Assembly (NCBI GenBank): GCA_000388065.2
Contig: KB932205.1
Strand: one strand, 5' to 3'
DNA: 58,871 bases
Origin: Fonticula alba ATCC 38817
Taxonomy: Eukaryota > Protista > Nucleariida
Made by a program: the position numbers and the translations under genes. This document shows positions 35,736-48,171 of this stretch, piece after piece. A model generated the notes under the pieces. That model did no database searches. It saw nothing but the letters and a program-made list of their open reading frames with translations, and had not been told where the DNA came from. Numbering within the stretch: position 1 is the first letter of the stretch; each line of letters opens with the position of its first letter.

Positions 35736-37881
35736 CGCGTTGGAGTAAAAGTCCATGGCGGCTCCAGGCAAAACGTTCCCCTGGCCATCCTTCTTGGGCC
35801 TTTTCTCCCTCTTCTTCCTCTTCCGCTCCTGCTGCTTTTCTCCTTTCCTTCTCTTTCTCCCTCTCCCTGCCCTCTTCCCTCCATGTGACGCACCGCCCTG
35901 GTGAGGAATCGACTGGCGAAGGCCCACACTGGTCGGATGTTGTTGTTGTTGTTGTTGTAAGGGTGAATGGGGCGCATTGGTGGGGGCGGGGGCGGGGGAG
36001 GGGACGTTCTCCTTGCCCAGCAGCGGCTCCCAAAAAGCGGAAGGGGCTCGAGTGCCAACGATACGTCCACCCATTCTAATCCAGTCGATTCTTGTGCCAG
36101 TCGCCGGGCGCGTGTACACGCGCCCTCTGAGGCTCACGCGCTTGGGCGCGCTATATTGGGGTGCGTGCTGGCGGCGGTGTGTTGGACAAGGACTCTTGTC
36201 TGGGGGCGGGGGCGCGGAGGGGGGGGGGGGCTTGGCGCAAGTGTGTCCCGGCCCCTGTGCCCGTCGAGGGGTGGGGCCCGGGGGGGCGGGCCACGCATGC
36301 TGCCAAGGATCGTCGGTGCCAGCCGCCGGGGACCGTGGCCCCGGACGTTGGCCAGCAGGTCGCGCTTGGGGGTGGGGCAGGGGGTGGGGGGCAGGGGGAG
36401 GACGTGTTTGCCTGTGCGTGCGTGTGTCTGGAGGTGTGTGTGTCTGGAGGTGCAGGTGTCTGGGCTTGCGTGTGGGTGTGTTGTGTGCGAGGATAGGTCT
36501 GACGAAGCCCGCCCAGGGCCGGGGTGCTGATGGTCACCCAGCCCCAAGGTGGGGGAAGTCTCCGTCGGCGGAGGCGACGCCTTGGGGGGATCCCCGGTTC
36601 TGCGCTGCCAGGTGCACATGAAGGGGCACGACCGTACCGGCGCACACCGTCGGGATGAGCGGGGGGGGGGGGGCGGGCCTTGCCATGGGCCCCACATGCA
36701 TGAGCAGGGTGTGCGAGATGGCGCCGCGGGGCAGAGGCCGGGTCGACCGCCGGGTGGAGGCCGACCGATGCGCAGCATCGGGGCCAGGAATGTCTTTGGA
36801 CTAGCCATCTGTGCGCCGGGGCCCTGAGTGCGTGGTGGTGTGTGCCCGAAGCCGACAACATATGCCCAGCCTACTCTCTGAGGGCGGGGTCCGGAGGGAA
36901 GGCATGCGCGGATTTTCACATTTCACACCAGGCCCCCCCCCCCTCCCCGGGTGCGGGGAAATACACGCGCACGCGCTGAAGGCCGCGGGGAGCGTGAGCC
37001 TCCGCGCCGCCCCGGACCGGCTGACGGTTGAGGGGGATAATCTCCCCTCCCCCGCCCCCCCTATTAATTTGGTCCGGCCCGCGCCCGCGGGCGAGGGGCC
37101 AGATGCCAACAGTCCTCGCTTTGGTGCTCCCCATGCGTACGGACACGCCGTCGGCGCCACCGCCGCCGCCGCCGCCATGGTCTTCCCCCGGCGTTCGTGT
37201 GGTGAGCGTCCGCACTGGCTCGAGCAGCGCGCTCTGGAGGCCGTGTCACCTGCGCAGGCCGGCGGCTCGGCGTTCACAACGCAGACATGTCTGTGGCTCT
37301 CTCTCTCTCTCCCTCCCTCTCTCTCTCTCTCTCTCTCGCACCCTGCGTCTCTCGGTTCATCCGTCGGGCGAGATACCACCCGGCGTGCCGGGGCGCCGCG
37401 GATGCTTTCATCCCCGTCTGCCGGGACCCTGGTCTCTTTTTTTTCCTTTCTCTTGCCGCTCGGAATATTCAGATCCCCACGACAGACCCGGCCGACCAAT
37501 CGACCAGCGCGGCCCCTCTCTTCTTGGGGTACGTGCGTGTTCACTCGGGCTCGAGGGCCGGAGTGACACTCCCCCTCCTGCCTCCCTCCCCCCTCCCCCC
37601 TGTGCCTCCCCCGTGCCGCTGCCGCCTCCGCCGCCGCCACCACCCGNNNNNNNNNNNNNNNNNNNNNNNNNNNNNNNNNNNNNNNNNNNNNNNNNNNNNN
37701 NNNNNNNNNNNNNNNNNNNNNNNNNNNNNNNNNNNNNNNNNNNNNNNNNNNNNNNNNNNNNNNNNNNNNNNNNNNNNNNNNNNNNNNNNNNNNNNNNNNN
37801 NNNNNNNNNNNNNNNNNNNNNNNNNNNNNNNNNNNNNNNNNNNNNNNNNNNNNNNNNNNNNNNNNNCTGTTCGAGGCCGCT

Positions 37882-40574
37882 ATGTCCGTCGAGGCGACAA
37901 AGTCGCGCTCCGATGGCAAGCCCACCTGGAAGGACTTCTACGGGCGACTGTTCATCCGGTTTTTGACGGTCACCCTGCGGACATGTCCCGAGGGCAGTGG
38001 CAAGATCCTGACGGAGCTCTGCCCGGCCGGGGTGCAGCCGTCTCTCACGGCGCCGGGCTTCGCGCGGCCCTTCCACGAAGGGCTTCTCAAGTCAGTCCCG
38101 ATGTTTTGCTATCCCGAGTCCGACCTAAGCCTGGCGTCCAGTTCCTCGTGCGTCCGCCCGACCATCCGCCAGTCGCCCTCTTCCACACCATCGTCTTTTT
38201 TTTCCTCCGTCTGCTGACTCCCCGGTCCTCGCCCTCCTGCCCCCCTCTCAGCGAGATGTACACCTTCACGATGACCGACGCTGATGGGCATCGTCTGTAT
38301 GGGTTCTGCCGGCGCCGGGACCTGGCCCGGGTGCGTTTCCCCCGGCCGGAGATCCTGCAGGAGTGTCTCTGCTTTGTGTCCTCCTTCCCCTGGTTCTCGC
38401 TCTTCCACTCTCTGCTGGAGGTGGTGGACCAGCGCAAGTCCGTGTACGAGTCGCACCCGGATTGCAAGCTGGAGAACCTGGACAACTTCCTCCTCGGTGC
38501 GCGCCCCCGCCCCCGCCCCCCCCCCCCTNNNNNNNNNNNNNNNNNNNNNNNNNNNNNNNNNNNNNNNNNNNNNNNNNNNNNNNNNNNNNNNNNNNNNNNN
38601 NNNNNNNNNNNNNNNNNNNNNNNNNNNNNNNNNNNNNNNNNNNNNNNNNNNNNNNNNNCCCCTTCCGCCGTGTGCCGGGCCGCGCATCCTGGCATGCGCG
38701 AATGTACACCCCCTCAGACGCAGCACACATGCCCCGCACCTCCCCCCCCCCCCTCCTTCCCCTCCCGGACACAGCCCTCTATGCGGTGTCCGTGCCGCAG
38801 AAGCCCGGCGAAACTTTCCGCGTGATCGCCGGCTCTTCGCAGGTCCCGGTCAAGCTCCTGCCGGAGTCTTACCACTTCCAGCGGCCGCTGTTCGCCACGC
38901 GGTACCGGTCGACCGGCCTCGGGCTGAGCCACAATGGCCCGGGATCGCCCTTCCTCGGGGGTGGCGGGGCGTCTGCCGGCGGGCCATCCTCCTACCTCGG
39001 GGGCAACAGCTACATGTCGGTGGCGGCGCAGACACCACCGCGGTCCGATGCCGGCGGGTCGGCCGCCCCTGGCGGTGGGGCTGCCGTGCGCCTGCTGGCC
39101 GAGCCCTTCGACCACATCGACTTTGGGGCCCTCTTCAGCTCGTTCGATGAGCAGGATCTGCTGGGGCTTCTGGCCTCCCTGATGACCGAGCGCCGGATCC
39201 TCTTCACCTCGTCGTCGCTGTCGCGGCTGACCGGGTGCGTGCACGCGGCGGCGGCCCTGCTGGCCCCGCTGGAATGGCAGCACATCATGATCCCGGTGCT
39301 GCCGGCGTCCCTGCTGTCGACGCTGCTGGCTCCGATGCCCTTCCTGATCGGGGTGCACTCCTCCCTGCAGGGGGCCGTCCAGCGGGAATCCCGGCACATG
39401 GAGTCCGTGGTGTTTGTCAATTGCGACACCGGGTTCGTCAACTTCTTCCGCCAGGATGTGGACGCGCTGCCGATCGACGCCACGGTGCGCTTGCGCCACA
39501 GCCTCCGGCGGTTCTACTCGCGCACCGGGGCCATGGCCCAGGCCTTGCACATGGCCAGCCTCGAGCAGCTCTCGACCGGCGGCGGCCCGCCCGGGGCCAG
39601 CCCCCTGGATCTCGGCCCGGGTGCCGGCGGGGCCGGTGCCTCCTCCGGGCCCCACGGGACAGCCCACAACCCCGGGGGCGACCTGGCCGATCCGCCGGTG
39701 CCCCTGCTGAACGCCAGTAGCCTGGTCCCGGCCATGGTGAAGTTCTCCACCGCGCAGAATGTGACCATCTCTCGCGCGGTGATTTCCTTCTACAGCCTTT
39801 TCTTGACCAACTACTTTTGCTTCTACAAGCCCGGCACCACGACCCTCAACATGGAGGAGTACAAGCTGAGCCTGCCGCGCGGGTCGCACCAGGTGCGCCA
39901 ATGCCGGCACCCCCCGGGGTGTGAGCACTCCCGCTCGCCCGGCCTGCCATCTTCACATGCCTCTCTCCTTCCTCCTCGCCCCCTCCCCCCTCCCCCCTCC
40001 CTGACACTGACCCCTGTCGTTCCCTGGCACTGCCCCCTCCTTCGGCTCGCGCAGATGCTCGACATCCTGGCCACCACTCAGCACTTTGAGCGGTTCATCG
40101 CCGAGCGCGGCGAAGAAATGACCCTCGATCGAGTCCTCCCGAGCGATCCCTGGACGTCATTGGACTCGGGGGCCGTGCACCCGGGTCCGGCCGCGACCGG
40201 GTTCTTCTCCGGATCCTCGCGCAGCTCATCATACGGCGGGACCGGGGCCGGGGCCGGGGCCGCCTATGGCGGGTGGTCCTCCAGCGGGAATGTCGGCAGT
40301 CCGTACACCCGCGAGGATATGGACGACGCATCGGCCGGGTCTGGCGGCTGGTCGCGGCTGGCGGTCTCCGGCCATGTGGTCACCAGGAAGATCCGCGCTC
40401 GCGCCCGGAATGCCATCCTCGGCCCGACGACGGTGTCCGGCCAGCGTGTGCCGGACCAGCAGCTCTTTTTCTCGTGCGTGCACACCTCCTTGCTGTCGCT
40501 CTGTCCTTTGCCTTCCTCTCTCTCTCTCTGTCCCTCCTCCCTTGCCTCTGGCCGACTGGAGCCTGGCTGACACC

Positions 40575-40613
<39 letters not shown>

Positions 40614-41857
40614 TCTCTGTCTTTCTTCAACCATCGATTCTCCCCTCTTCTCCCACATCTCATTTTGCGCACAGGCCCTTGCCACCCCCGCCCTCACGCC
40701 GGTCGGCTCGGTTCTCCTTCCTGATCGACCCGTCGGCCACCAACACCCTACCAATTGACATCAAATCCCGGTCATTGGTGGAACTCATGGGCACCAATCG
40801 GCCCCTGAGCACCATCGGCGGCCCAGGCGCCGACCCCTTCGGCGGGCCATCCCCCTCGCCGTCGGTCCAGTCCCTCCGGAGCTTGTCCGTCTCGACGTCC
40901 ACCTCCTCGCTGGCCAGCCTAGATTCGTCGGCCAGCCCGGCGCCGGTGTCGCCGGTATCCGGCCAGATGCCAGCCCCGGCGACTCCACTTGGCTCTGGAT
41001 CCGCATCCTCCTCCTCCTCCTTCAGTACTCCCACGCGGCAACTGTCGTCGCCCTTCACCGGCCGGTCGACCTCCTCTTCCTCGTCTCTCTCAGCGGCCTC
41101 GGTGTCCTCCCCGCTGGCGGGGCCCGTGCGACTGGCGCCGCCACCGCAGCAGCAGCAGCAGCAGCAGCCGCCGCCGCAATATGCCTCTTCGAGCCTGACC
41201 CAGGGTTCCGGCCAGTCGTCGGCTTGCTTGCTTGATTTGTCGGACTTTGCGCCTGTGGCTCCGGCGGCCCCTGCTCAGGGCGACCCATTCGGGGGCTTTT
41301 CGGCAGCGACCCCGGCACCTCACGCGCCCACCGCCGGTGCCTGTCTCCTGGACCTGGATCAGCTGGTGGCCGAGCATACGGGTGGCTCTGGCTCCGGCTC
41401 GGCGGCCGGCGCCGGTGGGGCCATCCCCCTGGAGCACCTGTTTTCATTCCTGTCGGACTACTCCATGGTCGAGGGGGAGAAGCCTGCTCCGATGCCGCCC
41501 CCGGGCAGGGCCGCGGCCCCGGTTGCTCGCGAGTCGCCCTTCGGCGGAACGCGGCCAGCCTCGGCAGCCCCCTCGACGGCGCGGACGGGCGCCTCGACCT
41601 CGGCCCCGGCTTCGTCTTCCGCTCAGGCGTCGGCGGGCCTGATTCCGCTGCTGCCGCCGCCGCCGAAGTCCCCGCAGCCATCGCTGGCCTCGCTCAGCTC
41701 CTCCTCGCTTCTTAGCCTCAGATCTAGTCTTCCGACGCCGCCTCCGGCGACCGGGGCCCAGTCGTCGGCCCCGGCGCCCGCCCAGTTCCACCACCAGGCG
41801 CCCGGCAGTCAGGCGGCCCTCTCGCCAGCCGAGTTGGAGGCCTTCCTTCAAATGTGA
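37882..41857 (+). CDS. DENN-domain Rab GEF, DENND1/connecdenn-like (~1076 aa)
   Basis: Exons 37882-38147, 38252-38496, 38775-39892, 40055-40473 and 40675-41857. uDENN: SVPMFCYP and YTFTMTDADGHRLYGFCRR. cDENN: LASLMTERRILFTSSSLSRLTGCVHAAAALLAPLEWQHIMIPVLP...MPFLIGVHSS. dDENN: TTQHFERFIAER. Disordered tail with DPF and LLDLD motifs. The ATG lies 15 nt after a gap, so the 5' end may be incomplete. Confidence 0.9.
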
Positions 41858-42599
41858 GGCCTCGACTTGACGCTTCTCTCTCTCTCTCTCTCTTGCCCCT
41901 TTCTTTGCCTCGGCCAGCCTCCCACCCGCCGAATGTTCACTTCGCCGACCCTTGCTGCGGTGCGTGCAACCAGCCGAAGGAGCAGGGCGGGCTAGAGGGT
42001 GCCTAGGTCGCGACAGATAAATACATCTTATCACTGCCTACACACGCGCGTCTGTATGTATGAATGTATGTATGCACACAACCCGGTGTAACCGCAGGAA
42101 AAAAAAGCCCCTAACAATCACAGGTGTCTGTAAAGTTTTGTCTCCAGCAAGCGGGAGGGGAGGGGGGGGGGGGGGGCTCTATTCCGTGTGTTTTCCCGGC
42201 ATGATCAGGTTACTGGGCCACAGGCCCGAGCTAGATCTTGGTAGACGAAAAGGAACTGCCTCCCGGCATGTGGGGGTCGCCCAGACCCTCCCCCTCCCCC
42301 TCCGGGGGCAGGACTGGTAGGGCTTCACGGCAGTGTGGTCGTGGGCTCCGGGCACGGAGAGGAAAGCGTTGGAAGCGATGTGCCCGTCGGCAGCCGTTGG
42401 CAACTCTCCCCCGGCCCCGAGCGATGCCCCGCCCCCTGGCGGACAGGCCGCCATGTTGGACCAGGACAATGGCCTTGCCCCGACTTGATGGCCCGGGCCT
42501 TGCCCGCAGGGCCGAGGGCGCCAGACGACCTCGTCCTTCGCTTGTTTACGCTGTCGACTCGCCCTGGCGGTGCGCACGCCCACCAGGCGCCCCCTCATT

Positions 42600-43368
42600 G
42601 CCCTGGTCTGCCCAAACACTATGCAGGTAAGCCACCTCCCTCGCCATGTCCCTCTGTCTTCCGCTCTCCCTGCCCGTGTCGATGTCCTCTTGCCCATGCC
42701 CCCCTCTCTCCTTTGCTTAGCTCTGTCCAGGGGCGCCCGGATGCTGGGCACCTGTGGTGAACCCGCCCCGCGCCTTTCGACTGGTCTCCAGCCCGCCCTT
42801 GTATCGCCCGGCCGCGGCACATCCGACAGCCGGCCTGCGAGGCTCTCATTGGTGTTGAATAATGAGAGCAGTGGCCGAGGGGAGGACCGAGTGACGTGTG
42901 CTGGAGTGTGGCGTTGCCCGGCTCGACTCGGCTCGGCTCGGCTCGGCTCGGCTCGGGTCGGCTCGGGTCGGCTCGAGGCAAGCAACGCATCAAGGTCGCC
43001 CTGCTGGTGGACAGCAAGCTGTTCGGCCGCCTGTCTCAGGTAGCCCCACTTGTCTCCCCTATTCGGCATGGAGGGTCCGACCGAGCGACTGTTGAAGCGT
43101 GGCCCTTGACAGTGGGCTCCTGACAGGCAGCCCGTGCCCTTGTGACGCGCGACATTTCCCTGCCAGTATCGCGCCCCGCAGCCGGCCTCTGGCGGTGTCT
43201 TGCCCGTTCCCGAGGCGCCGTATGGGGCCCGCGGCTCCAGGACGGCAGATGGCCCACATTCGAGGAGCCTGCCTGCCGGCATGCGCACTCCATGCTGGCG
43301 CCGCCACAGCCACCAGAACGGTGTCAATCCTCGAAGAGGGACACATTGTGCTCATTTGCGCCGAGTGA
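42600..43368 (+). CDS. Possible unidentified multi-exon gene (fragments only)
   Basis: Strong donors CAG|GTAAGC (42627) and CAG|GTAGCC (43041). Coding-like pieces GKQRIKVALLVDSKLFGRLSQ (~42978-43040) and ...RTVSILEEGHIVLICAE* (ends 43368). I could not build a full in-frame model. Confidence 0.25.
42920..42975. repeat. (GGCTC)n pentanucleotide microsatellite, about 11 units, a few degenerate
   Basis: Directly visible. Confidence 0.9.
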
Positions 43369-43574
43369 AAGAAACCTGGCCCCTCCCAGAAGAATAAAGT
43401 GCCAAGGTGCGATTGCGATTGGTTGCCCCGCTGCCCGCACCTGGGGACAATATCGAGGGGGACAGGGGAAGAGGCGTTTATAGGACAGGAAAAGCAGGGG
43501 AGGAGAGTCGGAAAGGGCCTGCCTGGATAATGGGGGAAAAGAGGTCAAGTCCATCACCAGGGGGAGGGGCGGCA

Positions 43575-43773
43575 TCAGCGGGAGGCAACCGAGGAACCGG
43601 AGACAGGCCGGTCTTGACGGCGAGGCCTGGAGCCAGGCCGGGCATCGGACCCAGGTCCAGGACCACCGGGCGCACCGGAGCCTTGGGCGCCGGCGGTCGG
43701 GGGTTTCCGCAGTCGACGGTTGGCCGACTGGCCGCCCTGCTGACCACGGGAGGATTGCTGCTGCTGCTGCTGC

Positions 43774-43820
<47 letters not shown>

Positions 43821-44997
43821 AGGTTGCGACTGCGGCTGTGATGTGGTGGAGTATGAAGAGGTGGTCGCGGGCACGGCAGCCGGCGCGACAGGCGTGACGG
43901 TCGTCGGGGCCGCGGGAGCATTGGCGACCGAGCGCTTGGCCATCGAGGAATATGAGAAGGAGGCGCGGGCCGGGGCCGGGGCGCCGGCTGGCTGGGCGGC
44001 GGCGTCGGAGGCCTTGGTGGGCCCGGCTGCCGCTGGGCCGGGGGGAGTGTCATTTTTGGAGGCGGAGGCCGTCGTCGAGAGGGAGCCGGAGTCCCCGGCC
44101 GCCAGGGGGGCAGGCACCGCGGGGTCCACCTCCCCGAGACCGGGAGTCGTGTTGCGACCGCCCAGAGGAGGCGTGCTAGATGTCGACAAGGAGGGCTCGG
44201 GGCTCGGGGAAATCTCCTGAATGGGGGGAGGGAAGGCAAGAGAGAGAGAGAGAGAGGGAGGGAGGGAGGGAGGGAGGGAGAGCAGGAACAGGGCGACGGG
44301 GGTAGATGATAGCAGGTCAGCAGGGCGGCAGGACAACAGCGCAGTGTGGCTGGATGGATGGCCAGAGGCGCAAAGGCCGCCGAGGCGGGGGCCGAACCTT
44401 GGGGGCGAAGAAAAAGAGGCTGTCCGAGTGGATCTGATACTGGTAAGGGTTGCCGGGAGTGGGGGCAATGTCGAAGATCTGGACAAATTTCTGGAAGTGG
44501 CCATCCAGGGGGGCGGCCGCGTCGCCGGTGCCGGCCGGGCTGGCGGCGGCGGTGGTGGTGCCAGTGGCCACGATCTTGAGCATGGTGCCGGCCCCGGCGC
44601 CCAGGCGGTTGGCGCGCAGATCGGTCAGGGACACGGCGCCCTGGGACATCTTGGTCGAGAAGAGGAGAGCCTCCTGGAGTCATGGGAGGGGGAGGGGGTC
44701 AGCGGTCGGGCGGGAGAGGGCACAGAGTGGGGCGGGGGGAGAAAGAGGCACGGGGTGCAGGGACGACAAGGAAAGGGCGGAGGCAGGGGATGTACACACG
44801 TCGGCCGATTGGGGGACGAGGGCGCCGGCCTTGGTCGGGCGGAAAAAGATGGCCGAGTCATCATAGAAGTGGCTCAGGGTCCCGGGCGAGCGGAACAGGC
44901 TCGAGTAGTACTTTGTCACGAAGAGGTGTGCCAGAGCGTAGGTGGCATCGGGTTTTTCCGACTTCGCGGCGGACCCGCCAGCTTCGGGCGGCGGCAT
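43575..44997 (-). CDS. NTF2-like domain protein (G3BP/Bre5/Nxt3 type) with disordered polyQ tail and no visible RRM, 371 aa
   Basis: Exons 44997-44800, 44673-44398 and 44216-43575, all phase 0. NTF2 start LAHLFVTKYYSSLFRSPGTLSHFYDDSAIF and end QKFVQIFDIAP...YQIHSDSLFF, followed by an A/P/S-rich region, a Q-run and an R/G-rich end. Confidence 0.8.
43755..43820 (-). repeat. (CAG)n tract encoding polyQ in the NTF2-like protein
   Basis: (CTG)n on the + strand, with one CCG interruption on the coding strand; it reads QQQQQQQQQQQQQQPQQQQQQ. Confidence 0.9.
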
Positions 44998-45999
44998 TGT
45001 AAATGCTGGGTGGGGCGAAGAGAGGAGGGAGGAGAGGCAAAGAAGGGGATGGGGGAGGGGGGGATGGCTGCCTGATCCACAATGTCGGGCGCCTGGCAGC
45101 GGCGGGGCTCTTTTGGGGAGGGGGTCACGATGAGACCCGGGGGGCATTGCGCATGAAAAGCGACTCCTACCGGTCCCCCCCCCCCCCCTTGCAGGTGCCG
45201 CTACCGGGCCACCGCCTCATGCGCCGCGGTCCTGGCTTGAGGAGCGACGCCGGCCACAGCCCCCATGCACCCGACGGGCAGACGCTATTGTCCGGTGGCG
45301 GAAAGGCCGGCCACAAGCAGCCCCAGATACGCTGACGGGTGGGCGCGCTGGCCACAGTCTGCCATACATCGAGGTATCCGGGGGCGCGCGGTCCCGGCGG
45401 CCGAGCATTAGAGAGAAACTATGCCCCAGCCCCGGTATGCGGCACTCCCCCTCCCGCCGCCGGAACCAGGAACAGGGGGGGGGGAGGGGGATATATGCTC
45501 CGTTGCTGGCTGAGGAAGAGAAATGGGTGTCTCAAGCACTTCGGGCCCATTTTCCGGCCAGGGGTCCATTTTCGCGCAGACACCTCGTGATGCGAGCATC
45601 AGGAGGGTGGCTCCCTGGCGGTCATGTAATGGTGTTCCGTCGATTTGCGCTAAGCTCTCCTCGTTTTCGTTGGGAGGCCCTCTTGGAGAAGACAACGCAC
45701 TGGGCTCTGCGCGTGGGCCCTCCTCCGCCTGGCCCTCCGGACGAAATGGGGCACTGACGGCTGGCCAAGATCGCGCGGAGGCAGGAAGGGGGAAGGGCCA
45801 CGGAGAAGAAAACACACGCCCTGATCAGGCCCCCAGTCGGCGGGCCGAAGGGGCGGCGGGCGCCCCAGGGAGAGAGGCCAATCAGCCCCGCGCACTGCCC
45901 AGCTTACATCCTCCCTCTTCCTGCCTCCATCTATCTCTCCCCCCCCCTCCCTCTTATCCTTTCTCCTCCGAGTACCCTCGCTACCCTCTGCCGCCAGCA

Positions 46000-47594
46000 A
46001 TGTCCTCCGACGAGCAGGACTTCTCGCCCATGGACGATATGTTCGAGGAGCCGAGCGACTACCACGCCCCGCCTCCGGCCCCGACGCAGCACACTGTCGC
46101 CCGCCAGGAGGGCTGCATTCCGGACGGTGCGTCGCTGGCCCGTGTGCCCCTCCCCCCCAGGACCCCCCCCTACCCCGTGCCTTCGCCCCACTTTCACGCG
46201 TCCCCATCAGGAGAGGGAGCCGACGGACGCTGACATGCCTTGCCCGCCTCTTCCTTTGTCTTGCCGTCCCCCCCCTGCGGGGTGCCTCCCTGCGGCAGGT
46301 ACCCCGGCCGCATGGGACCTGGTCCTGGTGGGCCATCACTCCCTGTGGGCGCACTGCCTATGGAATGCCGGGGTCTTCCTGGCGCATCACTTTGATGCGC
46401 ATCCGGAGTTGGTTCGCGGCAAGACGTACGACCCCCATGTATGCGCGCGCTGGCGTGCGCCCGTGAGTCCCGCCGGTGCATTTGACCTTTGCTGACGTCC
46501 TGCACGCTGTGTGATCCCCTAGGGTTCTGGAGCTCGGCGCGGCGGCCGCCCTGCCCTCCTTCGCGGCGGCCACCCAGGGTGCCGCGCTGTCCGTCGCCAC
46601 CGACTACCCGGAGAAGCCGCTGATCGACATGATTACCAACAACGCCGAGAAGAACCTCCCTGCGGCGGTTGCCAACGGGTCGCTTGTGGTGCAGGTGCGT
46701 GCGACCGCGACACCCGCTGGAGCGGGGGGACGGGGGTGTCTCAGTGGGCGCGCACACCCACGCACGCGTGTTTGTCCTCGGCCATGTGGGGGCCATGTGG
46801 CTGCACCTTGTCCCCCCTCTCCGCCGGGGCCGAGCCATCTTCCTTGTTCCTCTTTGGGCGCTTGGCTTCTGACCCCGCTTCGTTGCGTCCTTCCGGCAGG
46901 GCTACCTGTGGGGGGCGGACCCGCAGCCGCTGCTGGACCGCCTGCCCGAGGGCAAGACGCGCTTCGACTTGCTGGTCCTGGCTGACCTGCTGTTCAACCA
47001 CAGCGAGCATCATGCCATGCTGCGGTCGGTGCAGAACACCATGGCTGAGGATGGGCAGGTGCGCAATCCATGTCCACAGATGACTTCCTCCTGGGCTTTC
47101 TCCTTCCCCTTGTCTGGCGTGATGCATGGCTGACCCCTCCGTGTTGGCCCGTCTTCCTTTCCTCCCTCCTGTCCCCTCCCCCCGGCACATGCGGGTGGAA
47201 ATCCCGCGGCTTCACGTGTGAACGCCCTGGCTCGCAGGCGATTGTCATCTTCAGCTCGCATCGCCCTTGGAAGGCCGACGCGGACCTGGTACGCGCACGC
47301 ATGCTTATCTGGCTTGGATGGGCGTGTATTGGTGCTTGATTGAGCGCGCGGCCAAGCACACACTGACAGGATCCATTTCCCCCCATGTCTTTCCCCCTGG
47401 CGGGGTGGGTCGTCTGCTCTGAATGCGCGAAGAACTTCTTCAACCTTGCCAAGGAGGCGCCGTACCACTTCGAGGTGGAGAAGGTCCTGGAGACCAAGAT
47501 GAAGCCCATGTTCGAGAATGACCCTGGGTGCGAGGAGATCCGCTCGACCGTGCTCATGTTCTCTCTGCGCCATGGGAAGCCTGCGTCCGAGTGA
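46000..47594 (+). CDS. EFM7: Protein N-terminal/lysine methyltransferase EFM7 (Nnt1, Methyltransf_16 family), 265 aa
   Basis: Exons 46000-46126, 46299-46425, 46523-46694, 46900-47058, 47238-47288 and 47433-47594. Motifs: [96 protein letters not shown]. Confidence 0.93.
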
Positions 47595-47733
47595 GCGAGA
47601 GGGTCGGCAAATGCGTGTATAGCCATCCTGCCGCCCGGGCGACAGGGGTCGCACAGTGTGTCTCATCCAGCGAGGAGGAGAACAACGCATCGATCGACGT
47701 CACGAGATATACTCGTGTCTATGTGCATATCTT

Positions 47734-47777
<44 letters not shown>

Positions 47778-47907
47778 CGCGCGTATTTTGCACATGCCTG
47801 TTTGTGCCGGGCACGACCCGGAGGTACGTTTCCTCGGGCACAGGGGCGAGCGGGAGAGACCGCGGGGGGGAGGAGGGGAGGAAGAGGGGGCGCGAGGAGG
47901 CGGCCCG

Positions 47908-48171
47908 TTACCGGGGCCCTTCGGGTGTGTTTAGTTGGTGGCTGATTTGGGCCACCTCGCGGGACTCGCGCACCGCGAGCAGGGTGGCCACCGAGGCGCC
48001 GAGAGACGTGGCGGTGACTGCCTCGGCACGGGACTGCACGACGAAGCGCGAGTACTCCTCGGCCAGGGCGACGCCAGACTCCTCGAACCGGGCCACTGCC
48101 TGGCTGAGCAGCGCAAACGATGGGTTGCTGGTCGGAGTCGGCGAGCTGTCGGTGTGGGCGCTGGCCGCCAT
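47908..48171 (-). CDS. Small predicted helical/coiled-coil protein (87 aa), family unknown
   Basis: GC3-rich, coding-like ORF MAASAHTDSS...FALLSQAVARFEESGVALAEEYSRFVVQSRAEAVTATSLGASVATLLAVRESREVAQISHQL.... It is preceded by a (CA)n-CTCACAG splice acceptor at 48173-48174, one base before the ATG. Confidence 0.55.
   Translation of the reverse strand: MAASAHTDSSPTPTSNPSFALLSQAVARFEESGVALAEEYSRFVVQSRAEAVTATSLGASVATLLAVRESREVAQISHQLNTPEGPR

Noticed and set aside
42920-42975. Regularly spaced GGCTC units as a possible CRISPR-like or structured array
   Set aside because: A simple pentanucleotide microsatellite with no spacers.
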